Positions 9,823-19,590 of a stretch of DNA of 64,000 bases are shown here, in pieces. Each line of letters starts with the position of its first letter. The first letter of the stretch is position 1. The stretch lies in contig CBDCOH010000002.1 of NCBI GenBank assembly GCA_965219685.1, forward strand, positions 608,001 to 672,000, written 5' to 3'. Position numbers and translations under genes: made by a program. Below the pieces are notes generated by a model, which saw nothing but the letters and a program-made list of their open reading frames with translations, ran no database searches and was not told the origin of the DNA. The stretch is from Candidatus Spongiisociaceae bacterium. GTDB taxonomy: Bacteria; Actinomycetota; Acidimicrobiia; Spongiisociales; Spongiisociaceae.

Positions 9823-11520
9823 GTGCGCTGGTCCCGAACATTCATCCCCACCCTTCGAGACGACCCGGCCGACGCTGTGGCGCCGAGCCACCGGTTACTC
9901 GTCCGCGGAGGGTTCATACGCCAGCTCATGGCCGGCTCCTACTCGCTGCTGCCCCTGGGCATGAGGGTGGCGCAGAAGGTGTCCTCGATCATCCGGGAGG
10001 AGATGGATGCGATAGGAGGCCAGGAGTTCCTCGCTCCTGTGGTGCATCCCGCCGAGATCTGGAAGAGGACCGGCCGCTGGGACGATGTCGAGGGCATCAT
10101 GGTCAAGTTCGAGGATCGCAAGGGCGCAGACCTCGTTCTCGCCCTCACCCACGAAGAGGTGTTCGCTCACCTGGCAACCGAGATGAGTTCCTACCGGGAG
10201 CTACCGCAACTGTGGTACCACCTGCAGACCAAGTTTCGCGACGAGGCACGGCCCAGGTCCGGACTGCTGAGGGTCCGCGAGTTCGTCATGAAGGACTCCT
10301 ACTCATTCGACCTGGACGAGGCGGGTCTCGATGTCCAGTTCGAGGCCCATAGAGGTGCGTACGACCGCATCTTCGGACGGATGGGGCTCGATGCCGTCCA
10401 GGTGGAAGCCTCGTCGGGGAACATGGGCGGTAGTGACTCGGTGGAGTTCGTGGTCAGGTCACCCACAGGCGAGGACCGGGTGGCTCTGTGTGGAGCCTGC
10501 GGGTATGCGGCCAACCTGGAGCGGGCGGTAAGCACGCTCGACGCCGTGGTCGACGAGGAGTGGCACGGGCCGCCCACCCGGTTCCCGACCCCGGGGGTGC
10601 GGACCATCGCCGCCCTGGCCGGACTGGGCGAGTTCGCCTCTCCCGAGCGCCAGATCAAGACCCTGGTGTACATGGTGGGCGATCGGGTGCATCTTGTCGC
10701 AGTTCGAGGGGACCACGAGCTCGAGGTCCAGAAGCTGGCAGACGCGGTCACCGATGCCGTCCGTCCGGCTACCGAGAACGAGATCTTCGCAGCTCTCGGT
10801 GCCCATCCGGGCAGCCTCGGGGCGGTCGGGGTGAACCTCCCGGTGATAGCCGATCCGGCCCTGCGCGGCCGCTCGAACATGGTGACCGGCGCCAACGAGG
10901 ACGACTTCCACCTGCGGGGCGTGGACGTAGAGCGCGACATCGAAGTCGGCCGGTGGCTGGATCTCCGGAGCGTCAAGGATGGCGAGACCTGTGGCCGCTG
11001 CCTCGGCGGCGCGCTCTCGTTATCGACCGTGATCGAGGTCGGCCACATTTTCAAGCTGGGTCTCAAGTACAGCCGGGCGATGGGCGCCGAGGTGCTCGAT
11101 GAATCAGGAAGACCCACCCCTCTCGTCATGGGCTCCTACGGCATCGGCGTCGGCCGGTCGATGGCGGCGATCGTGGAGGCTTGCCACGACGCCAAGGGTG
11201 TCGTCTGGCCGGTCAGCGTTGCGCCGTTCACCACGGTCGTCACCCTCCTCCGGCCCGATCGGTCGGCGGTTCGGCGGGTGGGTGAGAGGCTGTATGAGGA
11301 CCTGTTGGCGGCCGGGATCGACGTCATCCTCGACGATCGGAAGGAGCGTCCCGGCGTCAAATTCGCAGATGCGGAGTTGGTCGGCATCCCCTACCGGCTC
11401 ACGGTCGGGCCACGGGGAATCGACACGGGAAGGGTCGAGTTACGGGCGCGGGACAACTCGGTGGACGAGTCGGTGGAGTTTGATCGAGCGGTCGGCAGGT
11501 TGATGGAGCTGATTTCGTAG
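9823..11520 (+). CDS. proS: Proline--tRNA ligase with INS editing domain
   Basis: KFRDEARPRSGLLRVREF, IEVGHIFKLG, MGSYGIG, RPGVKFADAELVG. Confidence 0.98.
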   Translation: MRWSRTFIPTLRDDPADAVAPSHRLLVRGGFIRQLMAGSYSLLPLGMRVAQKVSSIIREEMDAIGGQEFLAPVVHPAEIWKRTGRWDDVEGIMVKFEDRKGADLVLALTHEEVFAHLATEMSSYRELPQLWYHLQTKFRDEARPRSGLLRVREFVMKDSYSFDLDEAGLDVQFEAHRGAYDRIFGRMGLDAVQVEASSGNMGGSDSVEFVVRSPTGEDRVALCGACGYAANLERAVSTLDAVVDEEWHGPPTRFPTPGVRTIAALAGLGEFASPERQIKTLVYMVGDRVHLVAVRGDHELEVQKLADAVTDAVRPATENEIFAALGAHPGSLGAVGVNLPVIADPALRGRSNMVTGANEDDFHLRGVDVERDIEVGRWLDLRSVKDGETCGRCLGGALSLSTVIEVGHIFKLGLKYSRAMGAEVLDESGRPTPLVMGSYGIGVGRSMAAIVEACHDAKGVVWPVSVAPFTTVVTLLRPDRSAVRRVGERLYEDLLAAGIDVILDDRKERPGVKFADAELVGIPYRLTVGPRGIDTGRVELRARDNSVDESVEFDRAVGRLMELIS

Positions 11521-11554
11521 TCCGGCCGAGCCACATCGCCTGTGTTCCACCGAT

Positions 11555-11563
11555 TGCTATAAT
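11555..11563 (+). promoter_or_regulatory. Extended -10 promoter (TGcTATAAT) of the rimP-nusA-infB operon
   Basis: Perfect TGnTATAAT match in the intergenic region. Confidence 0.7.
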
Positions 11564-11597
11564 CCGGCGAAACTCGAAGGACGTGACTTTGTGCTAC

Positions 11598-11624
11598 AAG
11601 GTGGGCGCCCAGCCCGCTTTTTTT
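11598..11624 (+). terminator. rimP leader hairpin with U-tract (attenuator-like terminator)
   Basis: AAGGTGGGC-GCCCA-GCCCGCTT followed by TTTTT; matches the GTGGGC..GCCC.CTTTTT hairpin common upstream of rimP. Confidence 0.7.
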
Positions 11625-11744
11625 GTTGTCGATGCCGGTTGGCCGGGGTGTTCCCGCGCCCTCCATGGACCCCCCCGGGGGTACGCTCCGCGCCGATCGT
11701 GGGCGAAATTCAGGATGACCGTTGGTTCTCGGGACGGCTTTGCG

Positions 11745-12224
11745 ATGCTTGATCAACAACTATGGGAACTCTGCGAGCCTCACCTGGCCTCCTTGGGGCT
11801 TGAACTCGATGACCTGCAGGTTTCTGGGCGCGGGCCCCGGCTTCTAAGGGTCACCGTCGATCGCCGGGGAGGAGTTGATGTCCAGACCCTGGCCGATGCC
11901 TCTCGTGCCCTGTCGCGTCGCCTCGACGAAGTGGATCCGTTCGATGGGCCCTATTCGTTGGAGGTCACGTCGCCCGGTCTCGAGCGGAGCCTCCGGCGCC
12001 GGCGCCACTACGTGAAGTCGATCGGCAGGGACATGTCCGTCAACACCAGTGTGGAGGTTGAGGGCGCACGCCACCATCGAGGCGTACTGGAGGCGGTCGG
12101 TGAGGATGGATTCGTCATCGCGGTCGACGGGGTTCGCCGCCGGATAGCGTTCGGCCAGGTGCATGCGGCAAAGACCCGATTCGAGTGGAAAAAGCAACCC
12201 AAGTCGGCCAGGAAACCGGGGTAA
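11745..12224 (+). CDS. rimP: Ribosome maturation factor RimP
   Basis: LRVTVD..GGVD, YSLEVTSPGLER; start at ATG 11745. Confidence 0.95.
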   Translation: MLDQQLWELCEPHLASLGLELDDLQVSGRGPRLLRVTVDRRGGVDVQTLADASRALSRRLDEVDPFDGPYSLEVTSPGLERSLRRRRHYVKSIGRDMSVNTSVEVEGARHHRGVLEAVGEDGFVIAVDGVRRRIAFGQVHAAKTRFEWKKQPKSARKPG

Positions 12225-12229
12225 ACGAG

Positions 12230-13270
12230 ATGAGAATGGATTACCGGGTCATGGAGGCCCTCGAGATGCTCGAGAGGGAGCGGGGGATACCTGTTGACAC
12301 GATCCTGGATGCGCTGGCGAACGCCCTCGTCTCCGCCTACAAGCGCAGTCCCGGGGCGGCTGAGGAGGCCCGGGTCACGATCGAACCTGACGGTGGCGAG
12401 ATCATCGTCTACGCACAGGAACTCGACGAAGACGGCAACGTGGTGGCCGAGTGGGAGGACACTCCGAACGACTTCGGTCGGATAGCCGCCACGACCGCCA
12501 AGCAGGTGATCGCCCAGAGGCTTAGAGAGGCCAAGCGAGAGCAGGTATACGACGTGTACGAGGGCCGCGACGGCGACCTCGTCACCGGGATAGTCCAGCA
12601 GCACGATAACCGGTACACGATCCTCGACCTGGGCAACGCCGAGGCGATCATGCCGGGTTCGGAACGGATCCCCTATGAGCGGCTCGAGCGGAACGCCCGC
12701 GCCAAGGCCCTGATCATCGAGGTGCGACGTGAAGCGAAGGGGCCCCAGATTGTCGTATCCAGGTCCCATCCTGACTTTGTGCGCCGGCTGCTCGACCTGG
12801 AGGTGCCCGAGTTGCTGGACGGGACCGTCGAGATCCGCTCCATTGCCAGGGAAGCCGGGCACCGAACGAAGATCGCGGTTGTCTCCAACGACGCGAACGT
12901 CGATCCCAAGGGGGCCTGCGTAGGGGCCCGCGGGTCCCGGGTACGCCAGGTGGTCAACGAATTGCGGGGTGAGAAGGTCGATGTCGTGCAGTGGCGTGAG
13001 GATCCCTCCCAGTTCATCGCCGAGGCGCTAGGACCGGCCAAGGTGAGGGAGGTATATGTCGACGAGGAGGAGAAGTCGGCCGTCGTGGTGGTGAGCGAGC
13101 ACCAACTCTCACTGGCGATCGGGCGCGAGGGTCAGAATGCGCGCCTCGCCACCCGTCTCACCGGTTACCGCATCGACATCAGGAGCGACGCGGGTCGCCG
13201 GCGCTCCCCGGTAGGCTCGCCTTACGGTCCCCGCCCCGGCACGCGGCGCGGTCCCGGCAGGAGGCTGTAA
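12230..13270 (+). CDS. nusA: Transcription termination/antitermination factor NusA
   Basis: FGRIAATTAKQVI, AREAGHRTKIAV, GACVGARGSRV, LSLAIGREGQNARLA. Confidence 0.98.
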   Translation: MRMDYRVMEALEMLERERGIPVDTILDALANALVSAYKRSPGAAEEARVTIEPDGGEIIVYAQELDEDGNVVAEWEDTPNDFGRIAATTAKQVIAQRLREAKREQVYDVYEGRDGDLVTGIVQQHDNRYTILDLGNAEAIMPGSERIPYERLERNARAKALIIEVRREAKGPQIVVSRSHPDFVRRLLDLEVPELLDGTVEIRSIAREAGHRTKIAVVSNDANVDPKGACVGARGSRVRQVVNELRGEKVDVVQWREDPSQFIAEALGPAKVREVYVDEEEKSAVVVVSEHQLSLAIGREGQNARLATRLTGYRIDIRSDAGRRRSPVGSPYGPRPGTRRGPGRRL

Positions 13271-13279
13271 GGGATCCGC

Positions 13280-15295
13280 ATGGTGACCAAACGGATCCAC
13301 GAACTAGCCAAGGAGCTAGGGCTCGCATCCAGGGATGTCCTGGCGACCGCACGCGAACTGGGCTTGCCGGTCACGACGGCATCGTCGGGGCTCGAACCAG
13401 GGGATGCGGAGGCCCTCCGTTCCATCCTCCTCCCGGACGAACCCGCCGACGAGCCGGAGGAACCCAAAGCTGAGGCTCCCGCGCCGGTCGAAGCCGCCCA
13501 CGAGGAGGCAGAGGTCGACGAGGTGGAACTCATCACTGTTTCGGCCGGTGTGTCCGTGCTGGAGTTGGCCAGAGCCATGCGCAGGCCTGCCGGCGAACTG
13601 GTCAGGCATCTCCTCTCTATGGGCCTGATGGCTGCCGCGGCCGCGCCGGTTCCCGAGGACGCGATCGACGCTCTGGGGGAGGCGTTCGGGTTCCTGATCG
13701 AAGTGGAGCCTGAGAAGGTGATACCGGAGGCTCCCGAAGCGCTGGTCAAACCGAAAAGAGTATTCGAGGATGACCCGGCGTCCCTGGTGGACCGCCCGGC
13801 GGTCGTAACCGTCATGGGTCATGTGGACCATGGGAAGACCACCCTCCTCGACGCAATCCGCAATACCAACGTCGTGGCCGGAGAGGCGGGCGGGATTACC
13901 CAGCATATCGGCGCCTACCAAACATCGGTGGATGGTCGCCGGATAACGTTCATCGACACGCCGGGACATGCCGCCTTCACAGCGATGCGCGCCAGGGGAG
14001 CCGAGGTCACCGACATCGTGGTGCTGGTGGTCGCCGCCGACGACGGCGTGATGCCGCAGACGATCGAGGCGATCAGCCACGCCCAGGCGGCCGGTGTGTC
14101 TCTGATTGTGGCGATCAACAAGATGGACCTTGAGAGTGCCGACCCGGTCAGGGTCAGGGCGATGCTCACCGAGTACGGCGTGGTGACCGAGGAACTGGGC
14201 GGTGACGTGATCTCGGTGGAGATGTCAGCGTCGAACGATGAAGGCATCGACGACCTGCTCGAGATGGTCGACCTCGTAGCTCAGGTCTCCGAGTTCAAGG
14301 CGAATCCCCGCGCCCTGGCTTCGGGAGTGGTCATAGAGAGCCATCTCGACCGGGGGCTGGGCCCCATCGCCACCGTGATAGTGCAGCGGGGAACGCTCAA
14401 GCGGGGTAACTCCATCGTGGCCGGAACCGTGAGCGGGCGGGTCCGGGCGATGATCGACGACAAGGGCAAACGGGTTTCCAGTACCGGTCCCTCCAGCCCC
14501 GTGCTTGTCTCCGGGTGGGCTTCGGTACCGACGGCCGGCGATCTGTTCGAGGTCGTCAAGAACGACCGGATCGCGCGATCCATGGCTTCCGAGAGGGTCG
14601 AGGCCCATCGGGCGAAGACCCTGGTGGTGCCCACAGCCCGCGAGCGGTTGGGGATGTTGCTGGAGCGCCTGCGCTCGCAGGAGGAAGCTGAACTCCGCCT
14701 CATCATCAAGGCCGACGCGGATGGCTCGGTAGAGGCGATCAAGGATGCGGTGAGCAAGGTCGCCCGGGAAGGCGGGAGGGTGACCGTTGTCCACTCCGGC
14801 GTGGGTGGGATCACCGAGAACGACATCACGCTCGCCGACGCTACCGACTCGATAGTCATCGGTTTCAACGTGCGTCCGGACGGCAAATCCCGCCGGGCCG
14901 CGAGCGCTGCGAGCATCGAGGTGATGACCTACTCGATCATCTACGAGTTGCTGGACGAGATCGAACAGATGCTGGTCGGACGCTTGGCGCCGGTGGAGGA
15001 GGAAACCGTGCTGGGGGCCGCCGAGGTGCGGGCGATCTTCCGCGTGCCGAGGTTGGGGGCAGTGGCCGGTTGTTACGTGACCGAAGGGGTCATCCCCCGG
15101 GATGCCAGGGCGCGTCTCGTGCGCGACGGTGTTGTCGTCTACGACGGCAAGGTGGTTTCTCTCCGCCGCTTCAAGGATGATGTCAGGGAGGTTGCCTCCG
15201 GATACGAGTGCGGTGTCGGCCTCGAGCGCTTCCGCGATGTCAAGGAAGGCGACATCATCGAAACCTACCGGGTCGATGAGGTAGCCGCGCTGTGA
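13280..15295 (+). CDS. infB: Translation initiation factor IF-2
   Basis: [46 protein letters not shown]. Confidence 0.99.
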   Translation: MVTKRIHELAKELGLASRDVLATARELGLPVTTASSGLEPGDAEALRSILLPDEPADEPEEPKAEAPAPVEAAHEEAEVDEVELITVSAGVSVLELARAMRRPAGELVRHLLSMGLMAAAAAPVPEDAIDALGEAFGFLIEVEPEKVIPEAPEALVKPKRVFEDDPASLVDRPAVVTVMGHVDHGKTTLLDAIRNTNVVAGEAGGITQHIGAYQTSVDGRRITFIDTPGHAAFTAMRARGAEVTDIVVLVVAADDGVMPQTIEAISHAQAAGVSLIVAINKMDLESADPVRVRAMLTEYGVVTEELGGDVISVEMSASNDEGIDDLLEMVDLVAQVSEFKANPRALASGVVIESHLDRGLGPIATVIVQRGTLKRGNSIVAGTVSGRVRAMIDDKGKRVSSTGPSSPVLVSGWASVPTAGDLFEVVKNDRIARSMASERVEAHRAKTLVVPTARERLGMLLERLRSQEEAELRLIIKADADGSVEAIKDAVSKVAREGGRVTVVHSGVGGITENDITLADATDSIVIGFNVRPDGKSRRAASAASIEVMTYSIIYELLDEIEQMLVGRLAPVEEETVLGAAEVRAIFRVPRLGAVAGCYVTEGVIPRDARARLVRDGVVVYDGKVVSLRRFKDDVREVASGYECGVGLERFRDVKEGDIIETYRVDEVAAL

Positions 15296-15313
15296 TCGGC
15301 TATTGATCACCCT

Positions 15314-15616
15314 GTGGCAGCATTGCACGCAGCCGCTCTCCGAGTCGACCTCCGGCTGAGAGACGTACACTCCCTCAAGTCCAAGCGCCGCCGGATCGCC
15401 CGGCTGTCGGCAGCCTTACGGCGCGCCTTCCCGGTCGCCTTCGCCGAGGTTGACTTCCAGGATCTGTGGCAGCGTTCGGCTGTCGGTGTGGGGATAGTGT
15501 CTCCTCATGCGTCCCAGCTGGAGATGGCGATCCACTCCGTGCACCGTTTCCTCGAGCGCTGGGAGGAGACCGAAGTGCTGTCGGTCAGGGTCTCGTACCT
15601 CGAAGATCCGGATTGA
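15314..15616 (+). CDS. DUF503 (YlxP-like) protein
   Basis: HSLKSKR, AEVDFQDLWQR; position between infB and rbfA. Confidence 0.85.
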   Translation: MAALHAAALRVDLRLRDVHSLKSKRRRIARLSAALRRAFPVAFAEVDFQDLWQRSAVGVGIVSPHASQLEMAIHSVHRFLERWEETEVLSVRVSYLEDPD

Positions 15617-15626
15617 CGGGACAGCC

Positions 15627-15980
15627 GTGAGCAACCAGCGGATACGGCGGGTGAACGAGATCCTGCGGGAGGTCATCGCTGAGGAGTGCAGCAATCTCAA
15701 GGATCCGCGCATCGGGTTTCTCACCATAACCGGGGTCTCGACGTCGGTTGATCTTCGCAACGCGCATGTGTACTACACGGTCTTGGGCGATGAGGAATCC
15801 GAAGCCGAGACCGCCCGCGCCCTGGACGGAGCCGCCTCGCGGGTCCGCGCCGCGGTCGGCCGCCAGGTCAGGCTCAAGTACCTGCCGAAGCTGGAGTTCC
15901 GGCCGGATCCGGCGGCCATGCACGCCCGCCGGATCGAGGGCATTCTCCGGCGTATGGAACAGCCCCGAGACTCGGTATGA
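15627..15980 (+). CDS. rbfA: Ribosome-binding factor A
   Basis: RRVNEILREVIA, LKDPRIGFLTITGV, LKYLPKLEF. Confidence 0.96.
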   Translation: MSNQRIRRVNEILREVIAEECSNLKDPRIGFLTITGVSTSVDLRNAHVYYTVLGDEESEAETARALDGAASRVRAAVGRQVRLKYLPKLEFRPDPAAMHARRIEGILRRMEQPRDSV

Positions 15981-16948
15981 GCGTGGAACGTGAAAGAGGC
16001 CTCGCGGCGGCAGCCCGGGCGATAGAGGACTCCCGGTCCGTGGTGGCGACCGGGCATGTGAATCCCGATGGAGATGCCCTCGGCGCAGCACTGGGACTGG
16101 CGCTGACGTCCCGCGCCAGGGGTGGCCTAGCGCATGCATGTTTCGGCGGCGGGTTCGTTCTACCACGCCACTTCGCCTTTCTGGACACCGCACCACTCGT
16201 CGACCCGAGCGAAGTGAAGGCACCCGATGTGCTCGTCGCCTTCGATGTGAACGATCCCGCACGGTTGGGTGACGAGATGGAGTGGCTGCTCGACTCGGCG
16301 CGCACGGTCGTGATGATCGACCATCACGTATCCGGACCGGGTTTCGGGGACATACGGGTGAGCGATCCTTCGGTAGCGGCCGCTTCATTGCTCTGTTACC
16401 GCCTGGTCGGGCACCTCGGCTGGGCGCTCACCCCCGCGGCTGCCACCGCCCTGCTGTTGGGCCTGGTCACCGACACCGGCCGGTTCCAGTACTCGAATAC
16501 CAACCCGGAGGCCTTCAGGACGGCTGCCGCACTGGTGGAGGCCGGGGCCCGCCCGGAGGTGATCGGGAGGGAGGTGTACGAGTCGGCTGCGTTCGGCTAC
16601 CTGGGTCTGGCGGGGGAGGTGCTGACCAGGGCAGTCCTGGAACCAATTGGTTCGCTGGTCTGGTCGTACATGACCCAGGACGACCTGCGACGCCGGGGAA
16701 TCGGGATGGAGGATTCGGACGGTCTGATCGACGCGGTACGGATAGCAAGGGAGGCAGAGGTCGCCCTGCTAGCGAAGGAGCAACCGGATGGGACCTGGAA
16801 GCTGAGCCTGCGGTCCCGCCGTCATGTCGACGTGGCCTCGATCGCCGAAGAGATGGGCGGCGGTGGACATCGCCGCGCATCCGGGTTCAGCTTCGAAGGT
16901 AGCCTCGATGAGGTCATGCGGGAAGTGCGGAGCCGACTACCCGGGTGA
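15977..16948 (+). CDS. nrnA: DHH/DHHA1 phosphoesterase (NrnA-like oligoribonuclease/pAp phosphatase)
   Basis: HVNPDGDALG, IDHH, TDTGRF, SLRS, GGGGH. Confidence 0.9.
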   Translation: MSVERERGLAAAARAIEDSRSVVATGHVNPDGDALGAALGLALTSRARGGLAHACFGGGFVLPRHFAFLDTAPLVDPSEVKAPDVLVAFDVNDPARLGDEMEWLLDSARTVVMIDHHVSGPGFGDIRVSDPSVAAASLLCYRLVGHLGWALTPAAATALLLGLVTDTGRFQYSNTNPEAFRTAAALVEAGARPEVIGREVYESAAFGYLGLAGEVLTRAVLEPIGSLVWSYMTQDDLRRRGIGMEDSDGLIDAVRIAREAEVALLAKEQPDGTWKLSLRSRRHVDVASIAEEMGGGGHRRASGFSFEGSLDEVMREVRSRLPG

Positions 16949-17838
16949 GCGTCGGGCCCGGATTCGTGCTGGTCGACAAGGCGACCGGGTGGACCTCGCA
17001 CGATGTGGTCGCCAAGGCCCGGACGCTTTTCCGGATCAGGAAGATCGGCCACGCGGGAACCCTAGACCCGATGGCCACCGGACTGCTCGTGCTGGGGCTG
17101 GGTGCCGCCACCAGGCTCCTACGTTTCATCACCGATCAACCGAAGGAATACGTGGCGACGGCTTGCTTCGGGGTAGCCACCGACACCCTGGACGCCGATG
17201 GGGAAGTCCTCGACCGGACCCCGATGGAGGTCGCTGCGGGCGACGTGGCCGAGGTGATGGCAGGCTACGTGGGGGAGATCCTCCAGGTGCCGCCGATGTT
17301 CTCGGCGGTCAGAGTAGGAGGGAGGCGCCTCCACGATCTGGCCCGGGGCGGCCGGAGGATCGAGCGGTCGCCGCGGTCGGTGCGGGTCGACCGCATCGGT
17401 CTGGAGGGCTTCGAACCCGGCCCTTACCCACGCGTCCGCTTCAGGGTGGTGGGCGGTCGGGGACTCTACATCCGGGTCCTGGCCGACGATGTGGCCAGGG
17501 CACTGGGGGGGAGGGCCCACCTGACCGCGCTGCGAAGGGTGCGCAACGGGATGTTGAGGGTGGAGAACGCGACCGGGATCGACCGGATGGTGGCGTTGTC
17601 TCGCCAGGATCGGCTGGTCCGGTTGGTGCTGACTCCGAACCAGGGCCTGGCCCACCTGCCGCCGGTGGAGGTTCCAGAGGATCTGGTCGGCGCGGTCTCC
17701 AACGGTCGGCGGCTCCCGACCGAACTGGTCGGATGCGCCCACGCCGACGGACCGGTCCAGATGGTGGCGGAGGCGAGGATGCTGGCTGTGTACCGGGTCC
17801 GGGGGGACTGGCTGCTCCCGGAGGTGGTTCTCCCATGA
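16945..17838 (+). CDS. truB: tRNA pseudouridine(55) synthase
   Basis: VDK..GWTSHDVV, KIGHAGTLDPMATG, QVPPMFSA, YIRVLA. Confidence 0.96.
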   Translation: MSVGPGFVLVDKATGWTSHDVVAKARTLFRIRKIGHAGTLDPMATGLLVLGLGAATRLLRFITDQPKEYVATACFGVATDTLDADGEVLDRTPMEVAAGDVAEVMAGYVGEILQVPPMFSAVRVGGRRLHDLARGGRRIERSPRSVRVDRIGLEGFEPGPYPRVRFRVVGGRGLYIRVLADDVARALGGRAHLTALRRVRNGMLRVENATGIDRMVALSRQDRLVRLVLTPNQGLAHLPPVEVPEDLVGAVSNGRRLPTELVGCAHADGPVQMVAEARMLAVYRVRGDWLLPEVVLP

Positions 17839-17848
17839 GCGCGACCGT

Positions 17849-18808
17849 ATGAGGGTCTGGACCGGCGACCCACGAGGGTGGGGCCCTCGGCCTCCGGCGG
17901 GGACGGTCCTGACCATAGGTGTCTTCGACGGAGTTCATAGGGGGCATCGAGCGGTGCTGGACGCTCTGGCCGAGCGGGCCTACGCTGCGGGGAATCTCGG
18001 GAAGGCGGTGGTCACCTTTGACGTGCATCCTCGTTCCGTGGTGTTGCCGGCCCGTGCCCCGAAGATGCTGACCACCGTTGCCCGGCGGCTGGAGATCCTC
18101 GAGGAGATCGGTATCGACTACGTGGGTGTGCTGCCGTTCGGTCGCATCCGGCATCTCCCTCCCGAGGACTTCATCCGGCGAGTGGTGGTCGACGGTTTCG
18201 ATGCTCGGACCGTGATGGTGGGCCGTGGATTCCGTTACGGCGCCGGCCGGGCCGGGGATGTGGCAAGTCTCAGAGCGGCGGGTGACGCTCTGGGGTTCGA
18301 TGTCGATGCGAAGCGACTCCTCGAGAGTGCTCAGGGTCCCATCTCCTCCTCCTTCATCCGTCGTTGCATTGCGGACGGCGATGTGGCGACCGCCAACAGG
18401 CTGCTCGGGAGGCCGCACGAGTTGGCGGCTCGGGTTACCGGGAGTGCACGGGAGGGAACCGGGTACGGCTTGCCGGTAGCCGACCTCGAGGCTGACCCGT
18501 CCATGGCGATTCCGGGGCGGGGTCTGTACGCAGGATGGACGGTGACACGCGATGGTACGGTTCCTACGGTCTGTGACATAGCCGCTCGTCGCCCGCGCAG
18601 CGGATCGACCGGATCGATCCGCAGCCATAGCTTGAACCCGGCGGATGAACTACCGCCCGGTGACGTCCGGATCCGCTTCGCAGGACGCCTGGGCGATCGG
18701 CGACAAGCGGGCGGCCGAGACGGAGGGCCAGGCCGGATCGAGCTCGGAGCCGCCAGGGCCGCCCGCCGGCTCCTCGACCGAACCGAACTCCGGACGGGCG
18801 ATTCCTAG
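17849..18808 (+). CDS. ribF: RibF-like FAD synthetase: intact FMN adenylyltransferase domain, degenerate riboflavin kinase domain
   Basis: IGVFDGVHRGH, TFDVHP, ISSSFIR intact; kinase motifs altered (PVAD in place of PTAN); truB-ribF-rpsO synteny. Confidence 0.85.
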   Translation: MRVWTGDPRGWGPRPPAGTVLTIGVFDGVHRGHRAVLDALAERAYAAGNLGKAVVTFDVHPRSVVLPARAPKMLTTVARRLEILEEIGIDYVGVLPFGRIRHLPPEDFIRRVVVDGFDARTVMVGRGFRYGAGRAGDVASLRAAGDALGFDVDAKRLLESAQGPISSSFIRRCIADGDVATANRLLGRPHELAARVTGSAREGTGYGLPVADLEADPSMAIPGRGLYAGWTVTRDGTVPTVCDIAARRPRSGSTGSIRSHSLNPADELPPGDVRIRFAGRLGDRRQAGGRDGGPGRIELGAARAARRLLDRTELRTGDS

Positions 18809-18816
18809 ACTCGGAG

Positions 18817-18985
18817 TCGCACACATCTGTCCATCGGCTCGGATCCCCCCGCTTCCGGTTTCCCGAAGCCCTCCCTCGGCGCGACCGCGAAACGCGAACC
18901 GCGCTACTGAGACCGGAAAAGGACCCGATCTAACGCTAACCACCGATTACCAACTAGTGGCTACCAACTACCGACTAGGAACTAA
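18817..18985 (+). repeat. Dispersed ~170-bp intergenic element with CAACTAG-like heptamer tail
   Basis: Aligns by eye with the reverse complement of 26161-26328 (shared blocks CTCGGCGCGAC, CCGGAA, AACGCTAACCAC, CCAACTAG, ACTAGGAACTA). Confidence 0.7.
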
Positions 18986-19000
18986 TGCTCACTGTGAGGG

Positions 19001-19009
19001 TGCTACAAT
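19001..19009 (+). promoter_or_regulatory. Extended -10 promoter (TGcTACAAT) of rpsO
   Basis: TGnTACAAT about 60 bp upstream of rpsO. Confidence 0.55.
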
Positions 19010-19069
19010 TCCACCGACCCCCTACCGTCCGGCGCGCCCATTCGAGATGCAACGCGCCAAGCGAGAGAG

Positions 19070-19327
19070 ATGAAGACCACCCAAGAAGTAGTTGCCGAGT
19101 TCGGCACCCACGACAGCGACACCGGTTCCCCGGAGGTCCAAGTGGCACTGCTTACCGGACGGATCAGCCACCTCACCGAGCACCTACGCGAACACAAGCA
19201 TGATCATCACAGCCGGCGCGGCCTGTTGATGATGGTTGGGAAGCGTCGACGGCTCCTGAAGTATCTCCGGCGGACCGACATGGATCGGTACCGCAGGCTG
19301 ATCGCCAAGCTCGGGTTGCGGCGTTAA
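19070..19327 (+). CDS. rpsO: 30S ribosomal protein S15
   Basis: [30 protein letters not shown]. Confidence 0.99.
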   Translation: MKTTQEVVAEFGTHDSDTGSPEVQVALLTGRISHLTEHLREHKHDHHSRRGLLMMVGKRRRLLKYLRRTDMDRYRRLIAKLGLRR

Positions 19328-19454
19328 CCGAGGGAGTCCGGTGGAGGGATGCAGCGCGTCCGGCCCGCTGGCCGGTTACCGGGCCCGGTGGCGCAATCCA
19401 CAGAACCGAACAGGCAATCGACAACAATAGAGGCATGCGACAGCTTGAGGGTAT

Positions 19455-19543
19455 AGCGCCCATCGGTTGTCAGTCGCCATCCCTCCGCAGCCCGTCCGCT
19501 CGCGTGGGCTCCGGAGGTATGACCACTGGTAATTGATGGCGCT
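19455..19543 (+). promoter_or_regulatory. Long rpsO-pnp intergenic stem (probable RNase III processing site)
   Basis: AGCGCCCATCGGTTGTCAGT (19455-19474) pairs with ACTGGTAATTGATGGCGCT (19525-19543) using G-U pairs. Confidence 0.65.
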
Positions 19544-19590
19544 CGCTCCCTGAGGTTTCCATGCCGCAGCGACTCAGCAAAGGAGAGCGC

